Below, one piece after another: positions 31,574 through 41,119 of a DNA stretch of 64,000 bases. Every line of letters begins with the position of its first letter. Position 1 is the stretch's first letter. The stretch comes from Clostridium sp. CAG:440 (GTDB taxonomy: Bacteria > Bacillota > Clostridia > TANB77 > CAG-508), in NCBI GenBank assembly GCA_000437215.1, contig FR898629.1:11547-75546 (forward strand), in the 5' to 3' direction. Both the position numbers and the translations under genes were made by a program. Under the pieces are notes generated by a model. That model ran no database searches and was not told the DNA's origin. It saw only the letters and a program-made list of their open reading frames with translations.

Positions 31574-32482
31574 ATGAAAAAATTTAAAAAAATTGCATTT
31601 CTTGTTCTTTTCTTAATAATCATAATATTGTCTTTTACAATTTACACAAATGCATCCAGGAATAATGAAAATGACATAAGAGAGAAATCTTTAAGTGAAA
31701 TTAAATATGTAGAGAGCAAACTAATAAATTTATTTAATAGTTTAAATAATATTGAATTTGAAAATTATAAAATATCTTCCCAAGAAATAAATAGTCAAAA
31801 AAATAGTGATTCTTCTGATTCTTCTTCAAATAGTGATAGCTCAAAAGAAGGGGAAGGGAACAGTTCATCATCAGGAAATAATTCCGAAAGTAGTAATGCA
31901 CCTTTAGGAAATAATAACAAAAAATATAGTTTAACCCCATCTACTGTTTTAAGTCAAAATTCAGATATTAATTGGGATTATATAAAAAAAGAAGCTGAAG
32001 AAGTTTCATCTGCTATGCCATCAATTACACTAGATTTATATGATATAAGTTTAAATCAAAGCGACATTTTAAATTTTAATAAAGAATATGACAATTTATT
32101 ATCTTCAATAAAACAAGAAGACAAAGAAAAAACAATGAGCTCATTAAACACATTATATTCATATATACCAAAATTTATAAAAAACTGCAGTAATGATGAA
32201 CAATACAAAACAATAATAAACACAAAGCAATACATTCTTAGTGCTTATAGTATTTTAGATAGTGAAGATTGGGACAAAATAAATGCTCAAATTAAACTTG
32301 CTGTTGACACATATTCAAAATTAATAACAGATATAAATTTAGAAACAGAAAAACAGTATAATATAAATAAGGTATATATTATGATAAATGACATACAAAA
32401 TTCAACAACAATAAAAAGCAAAGATATATTTTTAATTAAATACAAAAACATTATCGAGGAATTAAATACCATTAATATATAA
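31574..32482 (+). CDS. Hypothetical membrane-anchored or secreted protein with a Ser/Asn-rich linker
   Basis: N-terminal TM/signal anchor KIAFLVLFLIIIILSF and a low-complexity SDSSDSSSNSDSSKEGEGNSSSSGNNSESS stretch. GGAGG RBS. Confidence 0.5.
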   Translation: MKKFKKIAFLVLFLIIIILSFTIYTNASRNNENDIREKSLSEIKYVESKLINLFNSLNNIEFENYKISSQEINSQKNSDSSDSSSNSDSSKEGEGNSSSSGNNSESSNAPLGNNNKKYSLTPSTVLSQNSDINWDYIKKEAEEVSSAMPSITLDLYDISLNQSDILNFNKEYDNLLSSIKQEDKEKTMSSLNTLYSYIPKFIKNCSNDEQYKTIINTKQYILSAYSILDSEDWDKINAQIKLAVDTYSKLITDINLETEKQYNINKVYIMINDIQNSTTIKSKDIFLIKYKNIIEELNTINI

Positions 32483-32532
32483 ATAGTAATATAAAACTAG
32501 ACTTTTCCAATTTAATATGATATAATTGCGTT

Positions 32533-32882
32533 TAGAGTTAATTGAATAGTCGCTGGTAAAATTCGAAAGGATTTACGAGAGGAAAGTCCGGGCTCCATAG
32601 AGCAAAGATGCTAGATAACGTCTAGTGAGGGAAACCTTAAGGAAAGTGCAACAGAAAATAACCGCCATTTATGGTAAGGGTGAAAAGGTAAGGTAAGAGC
32701 TTACCGCTATTATGGTGACATAATAGGTCAATGCAAACCCCATCTGGAGCAACACCTAAAATTAAGAAGATTAAACCTGCTCGGTGCCTTCTTAGATTGC
32801 GTGGCTTGAGATATATAGCAATATATATCCTAGATAAATGACTATTTTAAAAGACAGAACCCGGCTTACAGATTAACTTTAA
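32533..32882 (+). ncRNA. rnpB: RNase P RNA (bacterial type B, Firmicutes-like)
   Basis: Universal core elements GAGGAAAGTCCGGGCTC and ACAGAACCCGGCTTA. The ends (GAGTTAAT / ATTAACTT) pair to form P1, and a terminator follows. Confidence 0.9.
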
Positions 32883-32887
32883 CCAAA

Positions 32888-32926
32888 AATCCCATTAGAA
32901 AATTATGTTCTAATAGGATTTTTTAT
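32888..32926 (+). terminator. Rho-independent terminator after rnpB
   Basis: AATCCCATTAGAA / TTCTAATAGGATT stem (one mismatch) followed by TTTTT. Confidence 0.7.
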
Positions 32927-33077
32927 AATTATATATTCTTTCCAGAGCTCCCCATTATAAGAAAATGTAATTCGTACCTCATACATTTTCTAAAACGGTC
33001 CCCACTTGTCCTTTACAGAATATATAATTATAAAAAAAGAGTAATATAAAAAAAGAACATTTTTTTGGTTTAAAGGG

Positions 33078-33105
33078 TTGCATTTTATTTTATTTATGAT
33101 ATAAT
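33078..33105 (+). promoter_or_regulatory. Sigma-A type promoter for rho
   Basis: TTGCAT, a 16-nt spacer and TGaTATAAT. Confidence 0.45.
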
Positions 33106-33183
33106 ATAAAAAGTTTAAAGTCTAAGTATAAATTTCTTTATACAATTCCCAACATTAAAATTTATATTATTAAGGAGGTATTT

Positions 33184-34527
33184 ATGCCAAATTTAGAGGA
33201 TTTAACATTAGCGGAACTAAAAAATCTAGCTAAAGAAAACAATGTAAAAAATATTTCAAAATTAAAAAAAGAAGATTTAATAACTGTATTAAGCCAAATT
33301 TTAATAAATAATACTAATACTGAAAATATAACAGAAAAAAAAGAAATAGTTGAAAGAAAGTATGATAAAAATGGTGACCCAATAGTTGACTATAAATTAA
33401 CAAACGAAACAGACGAAATAGTAGAAGGAATATTAGATATTTTACCAGATGGTTATGGATTTTTAAGGGGAGACAACTATTTATCTACACCAAAAGATGT
33501 TTATTTATCTCCTATACAAATAAAAAGATTTAAACTAGATAATGGGGACATTGTAAAAGGAATATCAAGATTTAAAGAAGGAGAAAAATTCCCATCATTA
33601 ATATTTGTAGGTGAAGTAAATGGCGAACACCCTGAAAAAGCAGCTAAGAGAAAACGTTTTGATGAATTAATACCAATATATCCTACAGAAAGATTAAAAT
33701 TAGAAACAACCTCAAACGAATATGCAATGAGAATGATAGATTTAATGTCACCGATTGGTAAAGGACAAAGAGGAATGATTGTTGCACCACCTAAAGTTGG
33801 AAAAACAACATTAATTAAGAAAATTGCAAATAGTATATCAAAAAATAACCCAGAAGTAGAACTAATCGTATTACTTATAGACGAAAGACCAGAAGAAGTA
33901 ACAGATATGAAAAGATCAATAAATGGGCAAGTTATATATTCTACATTTGATGAATTACCAGAGCACCATGTTAAAGTAGCAGAAATGGTGTTAGAAAGAG
34001 CCAAAAGGTTAATAGAGCAAAATAAAGATGTAGTTATATTATTAGACAGTATAACAAGGCTTGCAAGAGCATATAACTTAGTAATTCCATCATCTGGAAG
34101 AACATTGTCAGGAGGTTTGGATCCTGCTGCATTACATAAACCAAAAAAATTCTTTGGAGCTGCAAGAAATATTGAAAATGGAGGAAGTTTAACAATACTT
34201 GCAACAGCATTAATAGATACTGGAAGTAGGATGGATGATGTAATATTTGAGGAATTTAAAGGTACAGGTAATATGGAAGTACATCTAGACAGAAAATTAT
34301 CAGAAAAACGAATTTTCCCTGCAATTGATATTAACAAATCAGGAACAAGAAGAGAAGATTTATTGCTTACAAAAGAAGAATTAGATACAGTATTTGCATT
34401 AAGAAAAGCTATGAATAGTATGCCTGTTGCTGACGTTACAGAACAAATATTAAGTTTAATGACACAAACAAAAAGCAACAAAGAATTATTAACCAAAATA
34501 GAATCATTTATAAAAAAATTTAAATAA
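33184..34527 (+). CDS. rho: Transcription termination factor Rho
   Basis: Rho_N ([15 protein letters not shown]), the RNA-binding [14 protein letters not shown], Walker [10 protein letters not shown], and LIDERPEEV. Confidence 0.95.
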   Translation: MPNLEDLTLAELKNLAKENNVKNISKLKKEDLITVLSQILINNTNTENITEKKEIVERKYDKNGDPIVDYKLTNETDEIVEGILDILPDGYGFLRGDNYLSTPKDVYLSPIQIKRFKLDNGDIVKGISRFKEGEKFPSLIFVGEVNGEHPEKAAKRKRFDELIPIYPTERLKLETTSNEYAMRMIDLMSPIGKGQRGMIVAPPKVGKTTLIKKIANSISKNNPEVELIVLLIDERPEEVTDMKRSINGQVIYSTFDELPEHHVKVAEMVLERAKRLIEQNKDVVILLDSITRLARAYNLVIPSSGRTLSGGLDPAALHKPKKFFGAARNIENGGSLTILATALIDTGSRMDDVIFEEFKGTGNMEVHLDRKLSEKRIFPAIDINKSGTRREDLLLTKEELDTVFALRKAMNSMPVADVTEQILSLMTQTKSNKELLTKIESFIKKFK

Positions 34528-34709
34528 TTTATATAGTTTATTATATTATTAATTAATATAATAGAAAAATTGTTTATTCTTTACATAATTTATTTAATAT
34601 GTTATAATATTAAGACCAGCAATAAGTTGGTCTTTGTTTATCCCTTTTAATCGTAACATGGTCAGAGTTACGTTTTATATATAATAATTTATGAAAGGGT
34701 GATTCTTTT

Positions 34710-35198
34710 ATGAAATCACGGAAAAAACTTTATATTGTTACAGTTTTCATCTTAATTTTAATTTTTGTTTTATCTTTACTGATAGAAACATTGTTTCTTA
34801 AAAGTCTAACAGAGGACGACTATAATTCTTTGATAGATTATTCAGACTATATTGTTAGAACAACCTATTTAAAAGAAGAAGATGTACAGACTCAAAATTG
34901 GAATTATATTAACAATATTAAAGTTGTAATTAAAAATAATTTTGACGATGATGAAGAAGAAAAAAGTAGAAAGTCGACAATTGAAATTAGTTTAAGTTTG
35001 CCCAAACAATATCAAGAACTAACTGTCACATACCCATATATCCTTGATACTAATAAAAATGAATTAATCATAGGTATTGACTACAAGTATGTTGAAAAAC
35101 ACTTTAAGAAAAATTTAATTTTAATAGCCATATTGGTTGATTTACTTTTAGTTATGGGATTTGAAACTTTCAACTTTAAAAAAACAAACAAAATCTGA
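34710..35198 (+). CDS. Hypothetical membrane protein
   Basis: 162-aa ORF with N- and C-terminal hydrophobic helices and an RBS AAAGGGTGA. Contains an in-frame CGG at codon 4 (34719-34721). Confidence 0.45.
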   Translation: MKSRKKLYIVTVFILILIFVLSLLIETLFLKSLTEDDYNSLIDYSDYIVRTTYLKEEDVQTQNWNYINNIKVVIKNNFDDDEEEKSRKSTIEISLSLPKQYQELTVTYPYILDTNKNELIIGIDYKYVEKHFKKNLILIAILVDLLLVMGFETFNFKKTNKI

Positions 35199-35437
35199 CC
35201 GAATGCGGGGAGAGTACTTAATTAAAAGTCTCTTCCTTATTTATATTATAAAATATTCTTTAATATTTTCTAGTACTTATATACAATGAATCTAAGTAAA
35301 TTAATTTCTAAATCTTTAAATAAAGTCATTGACATATTAATTTTTTTATGATATTTAATAGACATGATTAAATAATATATTGATTATTTTATAAGTCTAG
35401 TAGGGGGCAAATATTTGTCTTTATATTTTATGAAGAT

Positions 35438-35457
35438 AACATTGCACAAAATCAAAG
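35438..35457 (+). repeat. Left copy of the 20-bp direct repeat (putative attL)
   Basis: Exact match to 39165-39184. Confidence 0.6.
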
Positions 35458-35541
35458 CAATACGACCAATTTAGAGCATTGAAAAATGCAAAAATTTAAA
35501 ATATATCTTGTATAGTTTATAATAAAAGTGTTATACTATAG

Positions 35542-35583
35542 TTGAACGATTGAACGATATTTTGAACGATTGAACGATTGAAG
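35542..35583 (+). repeat. Four copies of TTGAACGA arranged as two dimers, between a promoter-like element and a truncated ORF
   Basis: gTTGAACGATTGAACGATatTTTGAACGATTGAACGATTGAAG. The upstream element is TTGTAT, an 18-nt spacer and TGtTATACT (35508-35537). Confidence 0.6.
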
Positions 35584-35680
35584 ATGGAGGTAAGTAGCAT
35601 GAATGAGAATGAATCAATAGAATTTAAAGAAAATTATACAGAAAAAATATATTATGTAGGAATAAAAATGGCAGACAATA

Positions 35681-35711
35681 AAAAATAGTAAGTTGTCGCT
35701 GAGATTGAATT
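35681..35711 (+). repeat. Left arm of a 31-bp imperfect inverted repeat
   Basis: AAAAATAGTAAGTTGTCGCTGAGATTGAATT is the reverse complement of 38247-38277 with 3 mismatches. Confidence 0.65.
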
Positions 35712-35828
35712 TTGATTTTTAAATAAAAAAATTATAAATTTTTGAGGTGGGAATATAAAATATGCTCATCTTTTATTATGTTAATTAAATATTGTATAAT
35801 ATAGGTAGAGTTCTATATATTGTAAATT

Positions 35829-36786
35829 ATGGAAAAATGTAAGGAGGTAATTGTCATGAGAAAATTGTTTGTTGAAAAAGTAATTGATACAGCAGGAGAA
35901 TTTTTAGACAATAACCAAAGAATAAAATTAAAAGAAATACTTACAGAAATATGTTTAAATTACCACATTGAAATATTAGAACAAAACCAAAAAAAGAAAT
36001 ACAAAAGAACAATGAAGAAATATTAAATAAATTTATATCATCAAAAGAAATTGAAGGCTGTTCAGTTAGAACATTAAAATATTATAAAGATAATATAACC
36101 AAAATGCTAGATACTGTAAACCTTCCAATAAATGAAATTACAACAGAAACATTAAGAAATTATTTATCAAATTATAAAAACAATTCAACTGCTGGTATGG
36201 TAACAATAGATAATATAAGAAGAACATTATCAAGTTTCTTTGCTTGGTTGGAAAATGAAGATTATATTATCAAAAGTCCAGTTAGAAGGATTCACAAAGT
36301 AAAAGCAACTAAAAAAGTAAAAGAAACATTAACAGATGAAAATTTAGAAAAATTAAGAGATACTTGCTCAAATGTAAGAGATTTAGCAATATTAGAACTA
36401 TTAATTTCAACTGGTATGAGAATCGGAGAACTTACTAGATTAAATATATCAGAAGTGCAAAAAGTAAAATGTATATAAAGAAATATTTAGAGACAAGAAC
36501 AGATAACAACGAAACATTATTTGTATCACTTATAAAACCATATAACCGATTAGGAATATCGGGTATTGAAATTGCTATTAGAAATTTAAGAAGGGAAGCA
36601 AATATAATAAATAAAGTTCATCCACATAAATTTAGAAGAACAATGGCTACAATGGCAATAGACAAAGGTATGCCAATAGAACAAGTACAAAAATTATTGG
36701 GACATATTAAAATAGACACAACAATGGAATATGCAATGGTTAATCAAAACAATGTTAAAAATTCGCATAGAAAATATATTACTTAA
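35829..36786 (+). pseudogene. Tyrosine recombinase/integrase pseudogene
   Basis: Three ORF pieces in different frames. One frame change falls near an A-run at about 35990-36010. The central GKG.KER segment is missing between LNISEVQ and YIKKYLETR. The C-terminus keeps HPHKFRRT...LLGH...TTMEY. Confidence 0.75.
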
Positions 36787-36878
36787 AATTTAATGAAATT
36801 TTATAAAATAAAAATTGCTTGGAATGGCTATTTACAAAAAAAAATCTTTGTGTTACAATACTAACTGGAGGTAGAAAA

Positions 36879-37220
36879 ATGGAACATATATTAAAATTAC
36901 AACCTAAATATTTCGATTATATTAACAATGGCACAAAAAGAATAGAATTGAGGTTATATGACGAAAAAAGACAAAAAATTGCTATTGGAGATACTATAAT
37001 TTTTCAAAAAGAGCCTGAGTTAGAAACTACTATGAAAGTTAAAGTTATAGGTTTGTTAAGATATAATACATTTGAAGAATTATTTGAGGATTTTGATATA
37101 GAAATGATGGCTGATAAATCAATGACAAAGCAAGACTTATTAAGTGTATTAGAAGAATTTTATACACCAGAGAAACAAAAACAATATGGTGTTGTCGGAA
37201 TACGAATTGAAAAAATATAA
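36879..37220 (+). CDS. ASCH-domain protein
   Basis: LKLQPKYFDYINNGTKRIELRLYDEKRQKIAIGDTIIF is a PUA-like ASCH signature. ATG 36879 follows a GGAGG RBS. Confidence 0.7.
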   Translation: MEHILKLQPKYFDYINNGTKRIELRLYDEKRQKIAIGDTIIFQKEPELETTMKVKVIGLLRYNTFEELFEDFDIEMMADKSMTKQDLLSVLEEFYTPEKQKQYGVVGIRIEKI

Positions 37221-37287
37221 TAAAAACACACTCAAAAATTCATTTGAATCTAAGAGTGTGTTTTGTTTTGCCTTGACAGATTGAAAA

Positions 37288-38100
37288 CTATTCGGGAAGT
37301 TCTCCGTTGTACACTAACTCACGAGAAGAGTTGTTATAGTAGCCTTCGCTCATAGTTTGAGTCAACTCCCAATTATATTTCTTGATGATAGGCTCAAACA
37401 TTGGGATTTTGTAGTCTGCAATTGTGATAAGAGGCTTTGTAGTACCGAGATACTTAAAAGCTTGTTCTAACATCTTTGTTGCAACATGTTTCCCACGATA
37501 GCCTTCTACTACGAGAAAAGTACAAATCTTGCTTTCAGTATCATCCTTTTTCAAAAATGCTACACCAGCTACATTGTTATTAATTGTGCAAATAACGACT
37601 TCGCCAGTACCATTAAATACTCTAGGAATTTCTTTTGCCCAATACCACTCAAAATGCTTAGGATAATCTTTACAGATGTAATCCGTAACAGAATAAGCAG
37701 CCTGTGCAAATTTACCAAAGAGATTATGGTTGTTGATAAGAGAGCTTAATGTGTAAATCCTCATATCGTTTGTCTGTTTGCGAAGTTCAAACACATAGAC
37801 TCCCAAAGCTTCCTTATCTTCAGGATAAATTTCCTGATACATTTCCAAAGCTTTATACTTGGTAACGCCAGGAATTGCCTTAGAAGAATCTTCATTGTCG
37901 AGCATGTCAGGGAAATCTTCATAGCGAGTTACACGGATAACCTCAAACTTGATATTAGAATAGTCCTTAAAAGTGATTGTATCACCTTTTTGAACTCTTT
38001 TAATATCAGGATATCCAACCCTTACTTCAAGGGTCTTGATTCCCTTGTTGATAAGATTGTAATATTCCCGTTTGATTCTCCAGTTATAGTTTTTAGCCAT
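37288..38100 (-). CDS. ASCH domain fused to a GNAT N-acetyltransferase
   Basis: The N-terminus RIKREYYNLINKGIKTLEVRVGYPDIKRVQKGDTITF is ASCH and paralogous to the 36879 gene. The C-terminus VAGVAFLKKDD...FLVVEGYRGKHVATKMLEQA is GNAT. G+C is visibly higher than in the flanks. Confidence 0.7.
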   Translation of the reverse strand: MAKNYNWRIKREYYNLINKGIKTLEVRVGYPDIKRVQKGDTITFKDYSNIKFEVIRVTRYEDFPDMLDNEDSSKAIPGVTKYKALEMYQEIYPEDKEALGVYVFELRKQTNDMRIYTLSSLINNHNLFGKFAQAAYSVTDYICKDYPKHFEWYWAKEIPRVFNGTGEVVICTINNNVAGVAFLKKDDTESKICTFLVVEGYRGKHVATKMLEQAFKYLGTTKPLITIADYKIPMFEPIIKKYNWELTQTMSEGYYNNSSRELVYNGELPE

Positions 38101-38246
38101 AACATCAACCGTCCTTTCATAAAGTATATATTCTTAAAACTGCGACATACTGTAATTTACAGTATATCTTTATTATAGCACAAACGGGAAAGATTGTAAA
38201 TAATTATGTATACCCTAAAAACAATAAATTATATAGTTAAAATATT

Positions 38247-38277
38247 AATTGAACCTCAGCGACAACTTACAATTTTT
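38247..38277 (+). repeat. Right arm of the 31-bp imperfect inverted repeat
   Basis: AATTGAACCTCAGCGACAACTTACAATTTTT, the reverse complement of 35681-35711 with 3 mismatches. Confidence 0.65.
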
Positions 38278-38291
38278 AAAGGAGATATATT

Positions 38292-38600
38292 ATGGGAGAA
38301 TTTATAATACAAATAATAATAGGTTTAATTATAATAATTATAGGGATATTGAATATGAAAGGAAACATATCTTTACTACATTCTTATCATAGAAAAAGAG
38401 TAAAAAAAGAAGATATAATACCTTTTGGAAAAAAAGTAGGAATAGGAAGCATAATTATTGGAATTACAATAATACTAGCAGGTGTATTCACAATTTTAAA
38501 TTATACTCATATAAGTAATGTAGTATTAAGCATAGGAATTACAATGGGAATTACTATAATATTTTATGCAATGTTTAAATATAATAAGGGAATATTTTAA
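38292..38600 (+). CDS. Small three-helix membrane protein (DUF3784-like)
   Basis: 102 aa, three hydrophobic helices, GGAG RBS. The family assignment is from memory only. Confidence 0.45.
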   Translation: MGEFIIQIIIGLIIIIIGILNMKGNISLLHSYHRKRVKKEDIIPFGKKVGIGSIIIGITIILAGVFTILNYTHISNVVLSIGITMGITIIFYAMFKYNKGIF

Positions 38601-38631
38601 AATTACAAATTACAAGTTATAGGAGAAATAA

Positions 38632-39054
38632 ATGATAAGAAAATTTGAAAAAAATGATATAAATCCTGTAATGCAAATATGGAAAAATGAAAATATAAAA
38701 GCTCATAAATTTATATCAAAAGAATATTGGAAAAATAATTATAATTATGTAAAAGAAATTCTACCAAATGCAGAAATATATGTTTATGTTTTAAAAGAAA
38801 ATATTGTAGGATTTATAGGAATAAATGAGAATTATATTGAAGGAATTTTTATTGATACAAATAATCAATGTAAAGGAATAGGAACATCTTTATTGAATAA
38901 AGTAAAAGAAAACAGAGATAATTTGACATTAAGTGTATATAAGAAAAATATAAATGCTATCAATTTTTATAAAAAGAATGATTTTATAATTACAAGCGAA
39001 AATATAGATAAAGATACAGCTGAAATAGAATACACAATGACTTGGAATAAGTAA
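38632..39054 (+). CDS. GNAT-family N-acetyltransferase
   Basis: VGFIGINENYIEGIFIDTNNQCKGIGTSLLNKV...INFYKKNDF. Confidence 0.85.
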   Translation: MIRKFEKNDINPVMQIWKNENIKAHKFISKEYWKNNYNYVKEILPNAEIYVYVLKENIVGFIGINENYIEGIFIDTNNQCKGIGTSLLNKVKENRDNLTLSVYKKNINAINFYKKNDFIITSENIDKDTAEIEYTMTWNK

Positions 39055-39164
39055 GAGCCAAATTACAATAAGTAAATCAAATTACTTTAACAACATTAAA
39101 ATATCAATAAGCAATAGAAGAGAGGTAGAAGTAGATATGGAAAAGTGTAAAAAAAGGAATACAG

Positions 39165-39184
39165 AACATTGCACAAAATCAAAG
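39165..39184 (+). repeat. Right copy of the 20-bp direct repeat (putative attR)
   Basis: Exact match to 35438-35457. Confidence 0.6.
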
Positions 39185-40540
39185 TTTTGTTCAAAAAGAG
39201 ATAGGAGAAAAATAATAAAACTCTTTTTAGAGTCCTACCCACAAGTTCTTGTAACTACTAGCCTTAAAGGCTTTACTAGCTATTTATTAGCTATCGTTCG
39301 ACTAGCATTACTTTATAATTTATTACTTGTAATAATGCTAGTTTAGTCCTAGATATTACTTAATAATTTTTATTTCATATTATATAATTTTTTTTGAATC
39401 TTCAAAATGCCTATTTCTCTTTATTTGCCGTATTTTGTCAACAACAAACTATAAGCCTTAAAAATAAAAGCGGCTTAAAATCGATTCTCGTGCGTTGCTT
39501 TTTTGGGCTATTTTTGCATTTTTTTATATACCTATATAAGTATAAAAAATTTGGTTATTTTTTATCTAAAATCTCTCAAAACCAGAATTATCAATATTTT
39601 GCTAAAATGCTAAACAACAAGTTATATGGTTTAAATGTTAAAATGGCTTAAAATTGATTTTCGTAAGTTTAAATTATATTAATCAAATACATATAAATTT
39701 AAAACCAAACATTAAAATTTGCAATTAACAAATGTTCGCTTTAAAAAATTCTATAAATTTAAAATCTTTAATTTATAATTTTTTAATTTTTAAAATTTCA
39801 AATATAATTTCTTTTTGATTTTAAAAATTTTTAATTATAAATCTGAAGCAAATTCTATTTTGTAAAAACTTTGTATAAAATTTTTCTTCATATTTTGCTA
39901 TAAATATTTATATTAAATATAAATCTACAACATTAAAAATATGGCTATCCCCTACTCTACTCATTTTTATTTAAATTATGAAAATGTATCTTCATGTTAT
40001 AAAAGAAAAGAAGATAGCTTTTACACTACCTTCATTTAATTTTTTAACTTTACTTGCTACGCTACCTATATGGAATTGTTGGAATGTCCATATTTATTCT
40101 ACTTGAGTTTTCATAGAATTTTTCGGCAATAACATCAAATTTAGCTAAACACTCTTGAATTCTGGAGCATCCATAATATCAAAAAATGAATCTTTTATAA
40201 AATAAAAATATCCTACATCTATTTGCATAACTATTTCTCCTTATACTATCAAAGGCTTACCATCTCTGGTAAGCCTCGAAAATTTATACACTCTCTCATT
40301 TATAACTCGCCAAAGAGGCGGCGACAAACACATTTATTAAAAACAACGATGTTCTTAATTATTATATTCATAATAGCATGAAATATGTCATTTTGTCAAT
40401 AATTTTAATAAATTTTCATCAATATGTTATAGTTTATCCTCTTTAAAGTTTGTGTATTAAATCGGCTTTTCTTTTTCAATCACTCAATTAATACTAGCAT
40501 ATAATGCTTTTAAATTTTACAGCTTGTTTCATTTCATTGT

Positions 40541-41041
40541 TTATTCCTCATTTTTCTTTTTTATATCATTCTTATAAAATGTATAAATTCCAACAATTAA
40601 TAAAATTGTATAGCCTAAAACCATAAACCAACCTTGATAATAAATATAATATGAACCATATAAAATCCCTGTTGTTATTCCAGAAATTCTAACTAATTTC
40701 ATATTTGATTGCCATAAACAATATGCCCTAATCATCGAACCTATTGTTGGTAATAATGAAATTAATCCATTCCAGGTAAATACACAATTGATTGCTATTA
40801 CTGATTCAAAAATTATTAATATTAAAAGATATATTTTTTTGCTAAATTTATCTTTGTTTATAAATAAGCATGTCCTTATAAAATTTATTATACTTAATAC
40901 TGCTCCTGTAAAAGCTGATACAATAAAATCATAAATTGCTTCGCATATACAATTTATAGATTGAACACATAATGATTTTTTCCTATCTTTTATACATATA
41001 CTTACAATTACTGCTATAAATGCTAATACGCTAAATATCAT
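40541..41041 (-). CDS. YgjV-like inner membrane protein
   Basis: ATG 41041 is preceded by AAAGGAG. The product is a 166-aa polytopic protein. The longer track ORF (to 41266) only adds an in-frame rhuM remnant. Confidence 0.55.
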   Translation of the reverse strand: MIFSVLAFIAVIVSICIKDRKKSLCVQSINCICEAIYDFIVSAFTGAVLSIINFIRTCLFINKDKFSKKIYLLILIIFESVIAINCVFTWNGLISLLPTIGSMIRAYCLWQSNMKLVRISGITTGILYGSYYIYYQGWFMVLGYTILLIVGIYTFYKNDIKKKNEE

Positions 41042-41119
41042 AATTATTGCTCCTTTTTGAATTAAAAAAACGGCTTTTTTTCCAGCTAAATTTCTTGCGA
41101 ACATAAAATTATTTGGCTC

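Larger units (their letters stand above)
35438..39184. mobile_element. Decayed integrative islet bounded by 20-bp direct repeats
   Basis: AACATTGCACAAAATCAAAG occurs exactly at 35438-35457 and 39165-39184. A broken tyrosine integrase sits next to the left repeat, and the cargo includes one visibly GC-richer gene. Confidence 0.45.

Noticed and set aside
31790-31900. Ser-codon-rich repetitive stretch in ORF 31574-32482 as a tandem DNA repeat
   Set aside because: It is a low-complexity coding sequence (SDSS/SSNS) without a regular repeat unit at the DNA level.
33184-33480. Extra segment between the Rho N-terminal helix bundle and the RNA-binding domain (possible prion-like insert as described for some Clostridial Rho proteins)
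   Set aside because: The insert is short (about 40 aa) and not markedly Asn/Gln-rich, so it does not resemble the described prion-forming domains.
33501-34496. 331-aa ORF antisense to rho
   Set aside because: It lies entirely within the well-supported rho CDS on the opposite strand. It has a low-complexity composition and no RBS. This is a typical shadow ORF in AT-rich DNA.
34719-34721. In-frame CGG-A at codon 4 of ORF 34710-35198 as a tenth recoding site
   Set aside because: Skipping the C gives a stop after 14 codons, whereas the unshifted frame gives a plausible 162-aa membrane protein with a basic N-terminus. I keep it as a counter-example rather than a site.
35542-35583. Could the TTGAACGA repeats be a CRISPR array?
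   Set aside because: The units are 8 nt and contiguous, with no spacers, and no cas genes are present. No CRISPR array was seen anywhere in the window.
39137-39651. ORFs 39137-39346 and 39394-39651 in the gene-free stretch
   Set aside because: They have no RBS and an implausible composition. The first begins inside the right 20-bp direct repeat region. I treat them as non-coding.
39990-40250. Minus-strand stump MQIDVGYFYFIKDSFFDIMDAPEFKSV with an RBS and an upstream hairpin; vaguely reminiscent of ToxN/AbiQ-type toxin N-termini
   Set aside because: Only about 27 codons precede a stop. There is no upstream tandem repeat array that could encode a type III antitoxin RNA, and the similarity is from memory and weak. 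At most it is a gene fragment.
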